DNA from: an uncultured archaeon
Lineage (GTDB): Archaea > Aenigmatarchaeota > Aenigmatarchaeia > Aenigmatarchaeales > Aenigmatarchaeaceae
NCBI GenBank assembly: GCA_964608725.1
Contig: CAZSPB010000003.1
Coordinates: 55,645-119,644 of the forward strand
Direction of reading: 5' to 3'
DNA: 64,000 nucleotides
Shown in pieces: positions 20,136 to 29,464 of this stretch. A program made the position numbers and the translations under genes. Each line of letters begins with the position of its first letter. The stretch's first letter is position 1. The notes under the pieces were generated by a model, which worked only from the letters and a program-made list of their open reading frames with translations, searched no databases and had not been told where the DNA came from.

Positions 20136-20497
20136 GTTATTATCCTCACTCCTTTTCCTTTAGGATTTTCTTTTATCAACTCTGTTACCGTTAAAGCTCT
20201 CCCACCTGCCTTTTTTATTTTTTCTAAGGCTGCCATTGAAAAGCTTGCAGCAGCTATAGTCAAAGGTTTTTTTAACTCTCCTGTTGACAAAACTTTTCCT
20301 GGAACAACTATTGTTTCATTTTCTTTACAAATCCTGTTTATCTTTGAAAGGTTAACCTCTATCCTTTTTCTCCTTGGTTTTTCTAATTTTTTTGCTAAAG
20401 TTATTAAAAATGGTATTTTTTCTTTATAACCTTTTCTCCTTATTTCTTCTATCACTTTCTTCATTATAGGATTGGTTGGGCCAGTTGGTCTTGTCAT
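20132..20497 (-). CDS. rpl18e: 50S ribosomal protein L18e (eL18)
   Basis: 'TNPIMKKVIEEIRR...' L18e-like sequence at the conserved position upstream of L13 and S9. Confidence 0.75.
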   Translation of the reverse strand: MTRPTGPTNPIMKKVIEEIRRKGYKEKIPFLITLAKKLEKPRRKRIEVNLSKINRICKENETIVVPGKVLSTGELKKPLTIAAASFSMAALEKIKKAGGRALTVTELIKENPKGKGVRIIT

Positions 20498-20566
20498 GTT
20501 AATCTAAAAGATGTGTTTTATCTTTTATATTTTTAAGGCTTTGCCGTAATACTTAAATTTTTTTCC

Positions 20567-21340
20567 TTGAATAAAAGATTTATGAAAAAGCAGAAAATTG
20601 AAACAGGATGTAAGATTATAAGACCTTTTCCCAGAGTGTATCAAGTTGAATTAATGGATGGTAAAGATAAAATCGGACTTAATATAAACTTTAAAGAAAA
20701 GAAGTTTGATTTAACATATTCTTCTCTTGATGAAAATAATGAAGTTAAAGCTTCTGGAACTATGAGCATGTCGCTTAAAGGTATACCATTTGAATTAGAA
20801 ACAAGGGAAAGTTACACTTTATTTGAAAAAATTGAAGAATTAGAAGAAAAAGAAGAGAAAGTTCAAATGAAAGGTTTGGGAGGTCGCACAGCTAAATATA
20901 TCTCTACTTTAAGTTCTTTAATTAAACCTGGAGATTTTATTGAAGAAAAAGATTTGGATAAGGCTTTCCCAGAGAAAAATGAAAGAAGAGGTGTAAAACA
21001 GAGTTTGTATTATCTTGAAAGAAAAGGCATTGTAAAAATTGAAAGTAGTACTGAAGGTAAAAGGTATAGAATTTTAGATAAAAGTTTGTTCGAAAGTTAT
21101 GAACAAAAAGAAATAGAAATAAAAGATTTAGATTTTTTAGGGTGGAAAGAAAAGAAGTATGCTTTGAAACTGTTTAAACTTGAAAAAGATGGTAAGATAT
21201 CAAAAGAAGATATATTTCATGAATTTACAAAAGGAGAAAGGATAGTTATTGGAAGAATAAACAAAAAATTAATAAAGCACGGATTTTTAAAAGAAGAAGA
21301 AAGTGAATATGAAGTAATTAAAAATGTGAAAATTGATTAA
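20567..21340 (+). CDS. Hypothetical protein with a C-terminal winged-helix-like segment
   Basis: 257 aa; 'GVKQSLYYLERKGIVKIE' looks wHTH-like. Confidence 0.3.
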   Translation: MNKRFMKKQKIETGCKIIRPFPRVYQVELMDGKDKIGLNINFKEKKFDLTYSSLDENNEVKASGTMSMSLKGIPFELETRESYTLFEKIEELEEKEEKVQMKGLGGRTAKYISTLSSLIKPGDFIEEKDLDKAFPEKNERRGVKQSLYYLERKGIVKIESSTEGKRYRILDKSLFESYEQKEIEIKDLDFLGWKEKKYALKLFKLEKDGKISKEDIFHEFTKGERIVIGRINKKLIKHGFLKEEESEYEVIKNVKID

Positions 21341-21345
21341 TAATT

Positions 21346-22584
21346 ATGAGTTTTAATTATACTGTTAAAAAAGATAAAAATAACTTACTTCTTGAAATAT
21401 GTTTTTACCCTGATTGTTCATCTGAGCTTAAATTCTTAGATTATGTTCAATTTTCTGAATTAATTTTATATCCAGATAGAATAACAGATAATGTAAAAAT
21501 AAAGATACCTAAAGAAAATATTCCTGAAGATAAACAAGTTGGAATTAAAGTTAATGATAACTTTTATAATCTTCTTTTAGAAGTAAAAAAGAAGACTAGA
21601 AAGAAAAAAGTCGTAGAAGAAGTTGAAGAAAAAGTTGAAGAAGAGTACAAATGTCCAGAATGTGGAAGTGTTAACATAATTCAAGACTATGGCTTGCTTA
21701 CAGAAGGAGAAATTGTTTGTGGTGATTGCGGTCGCGTTATTGGGAGAGAAATAAATTATGGACCAGAATGGAGAGCATTTGATGATGAGCAAAGAAAGAA
21801 AAGAACAAGAGTTGGTGCTCCCATAACTTTTTCTATTCACGATAAAGGCTTGACAACAATAATAGACCCTAGAGATAGAGATCATTTTGGAAAAAAATTG
21901 GATGAAAAACAAAAAGAATTATTTTATAGGTTAAGAAAATGGCAAAAGAGGATTAGGATTAGCGATGGAAAAGAAAGGAGTATGAGCTATGCACTTTCAG
22001 ACATCCATAGAATATCTGAAATAAGTGGAAGTGTTGCAGAAGATGCATCAGTGCTTTTCAGAAAGGCAACTAAAAAAGGTATTATTAGAGGGAGAACGAT
22101 AGAAAATGTTGCTGCTGCTACTGTTTATTTAGCAAAACGAAGTAGAGGAATTCCTGTTACACTAGATGATGTTGCAAGTAAAGCTGTAGGAGAAGATTAT
22201 GCAGAAATAAAAAAAGCAAGAAAAGCTATAGCAAAAAATGTTAGAGAGTTACAGAAGCGTGGTATAATTAAGGATTTGAAAATACTTAAACCTGAGGATT
22301 ATGTTACCTACTTCATAGAAAAGCTTCCTGTTAAAAATAGGAAATTTGTTGAAGAATCTTCGATAAAAACTTTAAGAAAAATGAGAGAAAACTTAAAATT
22401 GAAAAAGCTATTGTTTAGAGATCCAAGAAGTCCCGCTGCTGCATTAATTTACATTTACGATAAAATTTCTGACGGTTATTTAACTCAAAGAGATATATCA
22501 GAAATTTCTGGTTTAACAGAAGTGACAATAAGAAATAGATACAAAGAACTTTTAGAAAACCTTGAAATTGCAGTTTACATATAA
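21346..22584 (+). CDS. tfb: Transcription initiation factor IIB (TFB) with a ~100-aa N-terminal extension
   Basis: Zn-ribbon 'CPECGS...CGDCGRV', B-reader/linker, and two cyclin-like repeats. The ribbon begins about 100 aa into the ORF. Confidence 0.8.
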   Translation: MSFNYTVKKDKNNLLLEICFYPDCSSELKFLDYVQFSELILYPDRITDNVKIKIPKENIPEDKQVGIKVNDNFYNLLLEVKKKTRKKKVVEEVEEKVEEEYKCPECGSVNIIQDYGLLTEGEIVCGDCGRVIGREINYGPEWRAFDDEQRKKRTRVGAPITFSIHDKGLTTIIDPRDRDHFGKKLDEKQKELFYRLRKWQKRIRISDGKERSMSYALSDIHRISEISGSVAEDASVLFRKATKKGIIRGRTIENVAAATVYLAKRSRGIPVTLDDVASKAVGEDYAEIKKARKAIAKNVRELQKRGIIKDLKILKPEDYVTYFIEKLPVKNRKFVEESSIKTLRKMRENLKLKKLLFRDPRSPAAALIYIYDKISDGYLTQRDISEISGLTEVTIRNRYKELLENLEIAVYI

Positions 22585-22613
22585 TTTAAATTTTTAACTT
22601 TCTTACAATTTTT

Positions 22614-23060
22614 ATGAATTTAGTGAGAATTTTAGAAGATGCTGTTAAGAAAAGAAGGTATCCTAAAGTTATTAAAAATCTTAATAAATTGTGTGAAGAG
22701 TTAGATTATGAAGTTGTAGGTACTTGTTCACCAAGCATAAACGCTAGTTTTTCTATTAAAGCTATGGAAATTACACCAGAGAGCATATTAATCATACCAT
22801 CTCAAACTTATTCATTTACAGTAGGAAATTATTGTCGTCATTATTCAAATGAGGGTAAAGAAGGTATAATTTACTCTTTAAAATTTCATGACTTAAGATT
22901 AGACAACTTGGAGTTGTATGCTTATGGAAAAGTTTGGAAAGGAGAAATGATGTTAGCACAAGACCGCTTTAAGTGTATAGAAGCTGAGGAAATTTTGAGA
23001 GTTCCATCTATAATAAAGAAAGTTTCTTTAAAAGAGTTGGAAAGAGTAGTTAGGAGATAA
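22614..23060 (+). CDS. Hypothetical protein
   Basis: 148-aa ORF. Confidence 0.3.
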   Translation: MNLVRILEDAVKKRRYPKVIKNLNKLCEELDYEVVGTCSPSINASFSIKAMEITPESILIIPSQTYSFTVGNYCRHYSNEGKEGIIYSLKFHDLRLDNLELYAYGKVWKGEMMLAQDRFKCIEAEEILRVPSIIKKVSLKELERVVRR

Positions 23061-23472
23061 TTCGTTTTCCCTTTTGCTGCTCTGTTTCTAATGGAGCTCC
23101 AGTTCTTCTCCTTATTTGTCTTTGTACTTCTTCAAAGTTACATCCAAACTCCACACATAACCTTCTTTGCTTTTCAACTTCTTCTTCAATCCTTTGAGTA
23201 TTACAACCTGGCTTCTGTTTACAATATTCTCGTTCTATCTCTCTTTGTGCCATACATTCTTCATGCCACGCTTTTTTATTAGGGTGAACAAAACTAATAA
23301 TTACTTCTCCTGCTCTCATTATACCGTAAGGCAAATCTTCTGGTGTAAATTTAGTTAAACCTTGATGTTGTGCCAGCGCTAAACCACTAGGAATACCTGT
23401 TAGAACGCCTGCAGCTATTAAAGCGTAAATTACAAACAATGCTGGAGTTATACCTTTTTTCATTTTCTTCAC
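23050..23472 (-). CDS. Secreted Cys-containing small protein
   Basis: N-terminal signal/TM 'ITPALFVIYALIAAGVLTG' followed by six Cys; composition is richer in Q/R/E than neighbouring genes. Confidence 0.3.
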   Translation of the reverse strand: MKKMKKGITPALFVIYALIAAGVLTGIPSGLALAQHQGLTKFTPEDLPYGIMRAGEVIISFVHPNKKAWHEECMAQREIEREYCKQKPGCNTQRIEEEVEKQRRLCVEFGCNFEEVQRQIRRRTGAPLETEQQKGKRIIS

Positions 23473-23519
23473 ATGAATATTATTGAGTTTTGTTTAAAAA
23501 AGATTGCTCCATAGAAATC

Positions 23520-23891
23520 CTATTCTTGTTTAAAATTAACTTTATATTCTTTACAGCCTTTTTGGATTAATCTCAAGTGGCCTAGCCCTATTCTTAATGA
23601 TTCTTTAAGAGTTTCCCTTATCTGCTTCCTAACCTCTACTTTCTCTCTATAAAGAGGATGCTGCTCTTCAGGAGATTTGAATGCATTCATAACAGTAAAA
23701 TCATCCCAATCTTCGCAAACAGAAATTGCAAGACCATCTTTATAAGGTTGGTATAAAAAACCTTTTTGAAATATCTTTTCAATTTTTCCATCTATTTCTT
23801 TCTCTTTCATTAACAAACCGTATAATTTGCTTAAATTTTGTTTTTGTTCTGGAGTTAAGTTTTTAATCACTTCATCAGTTAATTCTGCCAT
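23520..23891 (-). CDS. Hypothetical protein
   Basis: 123-aa ORF. Confidence 0.3.
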   Translation of the reverse strand: MAELTDEVIKNLTPEQKQNLSKLYGLLMKEKEIDGKIEKIFQKGFLYQPYKDGLAISVCEDWDDFTVMNAFKSPEEQHPLYREKVEVRKQIRETLKESLRIGLGHLRLIQKGCKEYKVNFKQE

Positions 23892-23956
23892 GAAATCACT
23901 AGGATAAGAAATTTTAAATATTTTACTAAAATCTCAAAGTTATTAAGAAACAAAGT

Positions 23957-24344
23957 TCAATATTCAGGAGATCTAAGTTTGGCAAGTAATTTCAGCTCCT
24001 CACTAGGGTGTTCTCTATATAATTTTCTAGCTAGTTTTATAAGTAAGCTGGCTATTCCATCTTCAAATCTTTCATTATTTATGTCCTTTATCCTATAATT
24101 GTTTTGAGCTGCATGTTTTTCTATCAAAATACGCAACTTATCTAAATCTAAAGGTTCTTCATGATCTAATGACTCCCAAAGGCCTTCTTCAGTTACAAAA
24201 AGAGTTATTGGATCCATTCTTGGTTTTTTTTGCAGCATCTTTAATGATAACATAATATCCTTCTTCAGGAATATCAAGAAGTTCTACTTTTAAATCTCCA
24301 TAAGTTCCAGATGCCCTACGAATACCTTCTTTAGTAAAGCTCAT
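23957..24344 (-). CDS. Hypothetical protein, apparently split by a frameshift at an A8/T8 homopolymer (two overlapping frames)
   Basis: An ORF from the ATG at 24344 (MSFTKEGIRR...KDAAKK) and the listed 106-aa ORF (23957-24277) overlap in different frames across the T8 run at 24224-24231. A 1-nt change in the run would fuse them into a ~125-aa ORF. Confidence 0.3.
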
Positions 24345-24425
24345 AATTTTTTGATAAATATCAATCTTTAAATACTTTTCTTCAAGAATCCTAACGTCTG
24401 CCTAGTTAATTCGCTTAATATATGA

Positions 24426-24586
24426 TGCGGAGGGCAGGATTTGAACCTGCGAAGGGACTAACCCACAGGATTTCTTTCATCTTTTGATCAAAACTTAAGA
24501 GCCAAGTCTTAAGTATCGCACAGCTGTCCTGCGCCTTTGCTCATGTTCGCTATGCGAACATATTGACCTGGCTTGGCTACCTCCGC
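24426..24586 (-). tRNA. Type-II-like tRNA (Leu/Ser class) with ~85-100 nt of intervening sequence; exact intron positions unresolved
   Basis: Reverse complement: acceptor GCGGAGG/CCUCCGC, discriminator A, D-arm 'UAGCCAAGCCAGGUCAA', T-arm GCAGG-UUCAAAU-CCUGC, and a variable-arm-like hairpin GGG-UUAGU-CCC. Confidence 0.5.
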
Positions 24587-24622
24587 GTAATTTAAAATAT
24601 AACAAAAGAATTTATAAAATTT

Positions 24623-25426
24623 TTACATTTTCTTTTTCAACTTTTCTAATTCTTTCTTGAATTCTTTTATCTTATTTTTTAAAATATCTATTGATTGCAA
24701 AACTATTTGCTCTGCCGTTAGTCCTGAAATTGATTCAACGTTAAAAATAAATCTTGTAGGGTCTCCTTCTATTTCTAAAACTTTTGGTTTAGAAACTTTA
24801 ATACATTCTTTACACATATCACAATCTAAAGAAAGAGAAACTTTTTTTCCTTCTATTTTTATAGCTTTTTTTGGGCAAGCATCCATAACTTCCTTAGAAT
24901 TTTTTAATTCACCTTTTAATTTAGCTATAGGATAATATCTGTACCAGGCATTAGCAGCTTGGTACCTAGCATGTTTTTTTCCTAAACCTAAGGATGCGAA
25001 AGCTTCCAATCTCAATTTTTGATCATCAAAAAGTTCTATGATTGGAATGTTATCGTACAAAGGTTTAACTTCTGGATCATCACTTTTCATATCCTTTGAA
25101 TAAACTATTCCTGGCCCTTTTTTATTAATTATGAATTTAACAACGCACAAAGAACATGTTTTTCCATCTTTATGCTCTTCTTTAAAATGAAACTTTTTTG
25201 GTTCAAAAACTAAGGGTATTAATCCTAGTCTATGAGCTATGACTTCATCGTAAAATATTGAATCATTTTCAAAAAAATCAACAGTATCTATAGCTAACAC
25301 AGGAATTTCTGAAATCATTATCCTTCTTAAAGCGTTAGCAAATTGGGGATTTGACTCTTCTAATAAGAATTGCATTTCCCTTTCGTTTTTCTTCAAAATT
25401 TCTATTTTCAAAGTATCACCAAGCAA
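24623..25426 (-). CDS. rpoD: DNA-directed RNA polymerase subunit D (Rpb3)
   Basis: Rpb3-like dimerisation domain with a 'CDMCKEC' Fe-S/Cys motif; located downstream of S11. Confidence 0.8.
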   Translation of the reverse strand: MLGDTLKIEILKKNEREMQFLLEESNPQFANALRRIMISEIPVLAIDTVDFFENDSIFYDEVIAHRLGLIPLVFEPKKFHFKEEHKDGKTCSLCVVKFIINKKGPGIVYSKDMKSDDPEVKPLYDNIPIIELFDDQKLRLEAFASLGLGKKHARYQAANAWYRYYPIAKLKGELKNSKEVMDACPKKAIKIEGKKVSLSLDCDMCKECIKVSKPKVLEIEGDPTRFIFNVESISGLTAEQIVLQSIDILKNKIKEFKKELEKLKKKM

Positions 25427-25464
25427 AGTAATGAATAGTAAAAGAAACTTATTAAGATTTCGGT

Positions 25465-25863
25465 TTATACTCTTCTTCCTCTCCTTCCTCCTTTAGGCCT
25501 CATATAGCCATGAATTATAGGAGTCACATCTTCTATTCTCCCTATCCTTAGGCCTGCTCTAGCTAAAGCTCTTATAGCAGGTTGAGCACCTGCTCCAGGA
25601 GTTTTTGATTTTGTCCCTCCTGGACCCCTAATTTTTATGTGAACTGCATTTATCCCTTTATCTAAAGCTATTTCAGCAGCTTTAGTTGCTGCAAGAAAAG
25701 CTGGATAAGGAGCTCCTCCTTCTCTATCTTTATCTGTCATCATTCCAGAGCTTATTCTTGCTATAGTTTCTGCTCCAGTTATATCAGTAATATGAACTAT
25801 AGTACTGTTGGGAGAGCTAAATATATGAGCTACACCCCATCTCAACTTCTTTTCTTTTTTCAT
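25465..25863 (-). CDS. rps11: 30S ribosomal protein S11 (uS11)
   Basis: '[19 protein letters not shown]...IRGPGG' uS11 core. Confidence 0.85.
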   Translation of the reverse strand: MKKEKKLRWGVAHIFSSPNSTIVHITDITGAETIARISSGMMTDKDREGGAPYPAFLAATKAAEIALDKGINAVHIKIRGPGGTKSKTPGAGAQPAIRALARAGLRIGRIEDVTPIIHGYMRPKGGRRGRRV

Positions 25864-25867
25864 AAAA

Positions 25868-26341
25868 TCACTTATTCAACTTGCTTTTTTCATAAAAACT
25901 TATTTTATCTTCATGCCCTAAAGGAACTAGCATGCTCGGCCATCTCACTCTTCTACCATCAAGAGCAATATGGCCGTGAACTATGAATTGTCTAGCTTGC
26001 TTTAAAGTTTTTGCTAATCCTTTTTTATGAACAAGAGTTTGCAGCCTCCTTTCCAAAATATCTTCAACAGTTAAAGCTAAAACATCATCAAGCGTGGCAT
26101 CTTTTTTCTTAAGTATGCCCATTTTGAAGAGCTTATCTATTAAAATCTTTTCCTTTTCTTTATCTCTTTTAGCTGCAAGCTCTCTTGCAATTCTTCTATA
26201 ATTCCTTAATATACTCTCAGCTCTCCAAATTTCTCTTTTCCTCCTTAAACCGTACTTTTCCAAAAGTTTCTTTTCTTCTTCTATCCTGGCCTTATCCCAA
26301 GGTTTTTTTGGTCTCTCATATTTTTTCTTTTGTCTCTTCAT
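25868..26341 (-). CDS. rps4: 30S ribosomal protein S4 (uS4)
   Basis: Basic N-terminus '[12 protein letters not shown]' and an S4 domain. Confidence 0.85.
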   Translation of the reverse strand: MKRQKKKYERPKKPWDKARIEEEKKLLEKYGLRRKREIWRAESILRNYRRIARELAAKRDKEKEKILIDKLFKMGILKKKDATLDDVLALTVEDILERRLQTLVHKKGLAKTLKQARQFIVHGHIALDGRRVRWPSMLVPLGHEDKISFYEKSKLNK

Positions 26342-26420
26342 CTTCTCACTATGAAAGTTTTATTTAAAATCAATGTTTATAAAGCTAACCTTTTTTAAAA
26401 AGGAACGCTAAATTCTAAAC

Positions 26421-26843
26421 ATGAAAAGTGTTTCAACTATTATAGTTTCTGTTTTAATTTTAATGATTGTCATTTCTTTAGCTGGCCTTGCCTATGTTTG
26501 GTTTACTGATATAATGGGAAGAATAACTGAAAGTACAACAGGAGTTATGAACCAAACTATAGTAGCTTTTGGTACTCAATTTAGGATAGAGGTTGCAAAG
26601 TATGACGCAAATAATAACATAACTGTCTCCATAAGAAATACTGGAACTCAAAATATAGATATGAGTAAAATTGCTGCTTACATAGAAGAAGAACCTGCAC
26701 AAATAAACTCTGGTAATAGTGGGATAGCGGAACCTGGAGATGTGAGAACTATAGGTGTTACTAACACAACAGAAGTTTGTGGAAAGTTGTTAAAAATAAC
26801 TACTGCAGTTGGTGTTTCCGATTCTAGAACAGTTAGCTGCTAG
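26421..26843 (+). CDS. Small secreted/membrane-anchored beta-sandwich-like protein, inserted on the opposite strand between S13 and S4
   Basis: N-terminal TM helix and a 'ITVSIRNTGTQNID' CARDB/DUF11-like strand pattern. No class III (pilin) signal-peptide cleavage motif was seen. Confidence 0.3.
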   Translation: MKSVSTIIVSVLILMIVISLAGLAYVWFTDIMGRITESTTGVMNQTIVAFGTQFRIEVAKYDANNNITVSIRNTGTQNIDMSKIAAYIEEEPAQINSGNSGIAEPGDVRTIGVTNTTEVCGKLLKITTAVGVSDSRTVSC

Positions 26844-27411
26844 ACTTTTTCTTCTTCTCTTTCTTTTTCCTTGAAACTCCTACTATCATACCTTTTCTAA
26901 AACTAGTTCTAGTTCTTTGACCCCTTACTGGTAAGCCAAGTTCATGCCTTATCCCTTTATAACTTCTTATCTTCTTCATTAAATCTATATCTGACTTAAC
27001 TGCAATAACAAGGTCAGAACCCACTAAATGCTTATGCTCTCCTGTTACTGGATCAAACCTTCTGTTAAGCATATGATACGGTATTCCATACTTTAAAGGA
27101 TTCTTTATAACATCTTCAAGTTTTTTCAACTCTTCATCACTTAAGCTTCCTATCATAATTTCTGGATCCAAACCAGCAGCTATTGCAATACCTTTTGCTA
27201 AAGAATGACCTATCCCTTTAACATGAAGGAGAGCATTCCTTAATCTTTTTTCTCCAGGAATATCAACTTCAGCTATTCTCACTATACCTTTAATACCTTC
27301 TATTTTCTTTTTCTTCTTAACTACTCTTTCCTTTCTCTCTTTTTTCTTTGCTTTTGCTCTCTTTACTCTCTTTACTTTAGCTTTTTTAGCGCTCATGAAA
27401 CCACTTTTCAT
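26833..27411 (-). CDS. rps13: 30S ribosomal protein S13 (uS13) with Lys-rich N- and C-terminal extensions
   Basis: 'IVRIAEVDIPGEKRL...HVKGIGHSLAKGI' uS13 core, preceded by ~35 K/R-rich residues. Confidence 0.8.
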   Translation of the reverse strand: MKSGFMSAKKAKVKRVKRAKAKKKERKERVVKKKKKIEGIKGIVRIAEVDIPGEKRLRNALLHVKGIGHSLAKGIAIAAGLDPEIMIGSLSDEELKKLEDVIKNPLKYGIPYHMLNRRFDPVTGEHKHLVGSDLVIAVKSDIDLMKKIRSYKGIRHELGLPVRGQRTRTSFRKGMIVGVSRKKKEKKKKSSS

Positions 27412-27465
27412 TTATTATTCGTAATGCTTATAAAGATTTTAGGTTGAAACACTTATATATTAAAG

Positions 27466-28629
27466 ATGGTTTACAATGAAATTTTAATAAAGTATGGAGA
27501 AATATTCTTGAAATCTGAACCAGTTTTAAGAAGGTTTGAAAAAATTCTTAGAGAAAATATAAAGGCTGGCTTAAAGGAGAAGAAAATAAAATTTGAAATT
27601 TTAAGGAAAAGGGGAAGAATTTTTGTTAAGACAAAACAAATAAGAAAAGCTTGTAATGTTTTGAAAAGAATATTTGGGATAGTTTCTTTTTCCCCATGTT
27701 TTCATCTTAAAACGAGTGAATTAAAAAAGATTCAAGCTTTTGTTAAAATGAATTATCCAAAATGGATAAAGAAAAATCAAAGCTTTGCCATAAGAGCTAG
27801 AAGAGTAGGAAAACACAAATATAATAGCCAAGAATTGGCTAAAGCTTTAGGAAATATTATAAATAGGAAAGTTGATTTAAGTAAGCCAGATGTTGAAGTT
27901 TTTGTTGAAGTAAGAGATAACGATACTTACATATACACAAAAGAAATTAAAGGCCCTGGTGGAATGCCATTAGGAAGTGCTGGAAAAGTTGTTTGTCTAA
28001 TATCAGGAGGGATAGATTCTCCTGTTGCTGCTTGGCTAATGATGAAAAGAGGCTGTGTAATAATACCTTTGTTTGCATTTTTTTGTAAGGGTGATAAATC
28101 AGATTTGAAAAGGTTTAAAGAAGTTGTTAAAGAATTGAAAAAATGGCATATTGGAAAGAAAATGAGAATTTTCTTATTTAAGCATGAGTTGAACCTTGTT
28201 CAATTCAGAAAAAAATTTTATAAGTATACTTGTATTCTTTGTAAAAGGATGATGTATAGAGTTGCAAATGAATTGGCTAAAAAAATTGGAGCTAAAGCCA
28301 TAGTTACAGGAGAATCTTTAGCCCAAGTTGCATCTCAGACTTTAGATAATTTAATGGTTATTGACCAAGCATCTGAACTTCCTGTTTTTAGGCCTTTGAT
28401 AGGAGCGGATAAAATTGAAAGTATTGAATTAGCTAAGAAAATAGGCACTTATGAAAAATCTTGTATTCCAGTAAAGTATGGTTGTGGAAAGTTAGAAGGA
28501 TGTTGGGCAAGGCCTAGGAAACCTGCAACTAAAGCAAATTTGAAAAAAATAATAGAATTTGAAAAAGAGCTAGATGTAGAAAAACTTTTGAAGTTAAGTT
28601 TGTTAAGTTTAAGAGAAATTAAAGTATAG
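27466..28629 (+). CDS. thiI: tRNA sulfurtransferase ThiI (THUMP + PP-loop)
   Basis: N-terminal THUMP-like domain and the 'LISGGIDSPVAAWLM' PP-loop SGGxDS motif. Confidence 0.7.
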   Translation: MVYNEILIKYGEIFLKSEPVLRRFEKILRENIKAGLKEKKIKFEILRKRGRIFVKTKQIRKACNVLKRIFGIVSFSPCFHLKTSELKKIQAFVKMNYPKWIKKNQSFAIRARRVGKHKYNSQELAKALGNIINRKVDLSKPDVEVFVEVRDNDTYIYTKEIKGPGGMPLGSAGKVVCLISGGIDSPVAAWLMMKRGCVIIPLFAFFCKGDKSDLKRFKEVVKELKKWHIGKKMRIFLFKHELNLVQFRKKFYKYTCILCKRMMYRVANELAKKIGAKAIVTGESLAQVASQTLDNLMVIDQASELPVFRPLIGADKIESIELAKKIGTYEKSCIPVKYGCGKLEGCWARPRKPATKANLKKIIEFEKELDVEKLLKLSLLSLREIKV

Positions 28630-29092
28630 AGATACTTAAAAGGTATCCTTTTGCATTGTTTATATTTATCTCAGAGAGTTTTCTGAACTTTACAGTATTA
28701 CCTCTTATCCCATACTTCTGAAAAATTATATTTGGAGATTCCCACCTTATTTCGTAAAGAGTTAAAGAACCTTTTTTAATGCATCTCTCTCTTATTCTAC
28801 CGTTCAAATTTGTCCAATCTTTTGGTTCACATATGTCAGTTTCTACAATTTGATAATCTATTATATCATCTTGTAAAGTTAACATGCCTTTTTCAACTGA
28901 AAATTTACACTCTCCAAAAGAGCTTTCTTCAATAGCGTTAAGAATTTTTCTATCACAAAAAAGAAACTCATTCTTAACTTTTTCAATTTCTGAAATAGCG
29001 TTAGATCTTTCAAAAGAAGTATAATTCATCCATATTAAAGAGAATAACAACAAACCTACACCAACATTCCCTATAACAAATAAAGGCTTCAT
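28619..29092 (-). CDS. Membrane-anchored hypothetical protein
   Basis: N-terminal TM helix; 157 aa. Confidence 0.3.
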   Translation of the reverse strand: MKPLFVIGNVGVGLLLFSLIWMNYTSFERSNAISEIEKVKNEFLFCDRKILNAIEESSFGECKFSVEKGMLTLQDDIIDYQIVETDICEPKDWTNLNGRIRERCIKKGSLTLYEIRWESPNIIFQKYGIRGNTVKFRKLSEININNAKGYLLSISIL

Positions 29093-29122
29093 AATTATTC
29101 TATAACATTTCTAATTAAAAAA

Positions 29123-29434
29123 TTAAGTAGGGGTTTCTAAAGTTGGGGGAATATAAGAAAGAGTTAGTAATATCATACCTAACAAAAAGATGTAAATTAA
29201 GAAGAGTAGTAACAATATTTTTGAAGAACCAAACACATACTTTAAAACAAAAAATAAAACTATCGAAAAAATGAAAACTGCTAAAGCGAAGCCTACTGGA
29301 CTTAAGCCAGAAATTACACTTAAAACTATGAAAAGTTCAATAAGCTTAAGGTAAATGAATTGGAAAGTATTGAGCATTTGAAGAATGAGACCAACAATTA
29401 ATTCTATTAACACTACTAGAGGAGATTTTAACAT
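29123..29434 (-). CDS. Small integral membrane protein
   Basis: 103 aa, almost entirely hydrophobic. Confidence 0.25.
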   Translation of the reverse strand: MLKSPLVVLIELIVGLILQMLNTFQFIYLKLIELFIVLSVISGLSPVGFALAVFIFSIVLFFVLKYVFGSSKILLLLFLIYIFLLGMILLTLSYIPPTLETPT

Positions 29435-29464
29435 AATAGTATTTTATCAAAAATATTAAAAATT

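Noticed and set aside
21577-21912. 111-aa minus-strand ORF inside tfb
   Set aside because: Antisense to the TFB Zn-ribbon/linker region, with a phenylalanine-rich nonsense-like translation.
26421-26843. Archaeal type IV pilin/archaellin assignment for the secreted protein between S13 and S4
   Set aside because: No class III signal peptide motif ([KR]G[QAS] followed by a hydrophobic stretch with a conserved E/Q). The N-terminus looks like an ordinary signal anchor.
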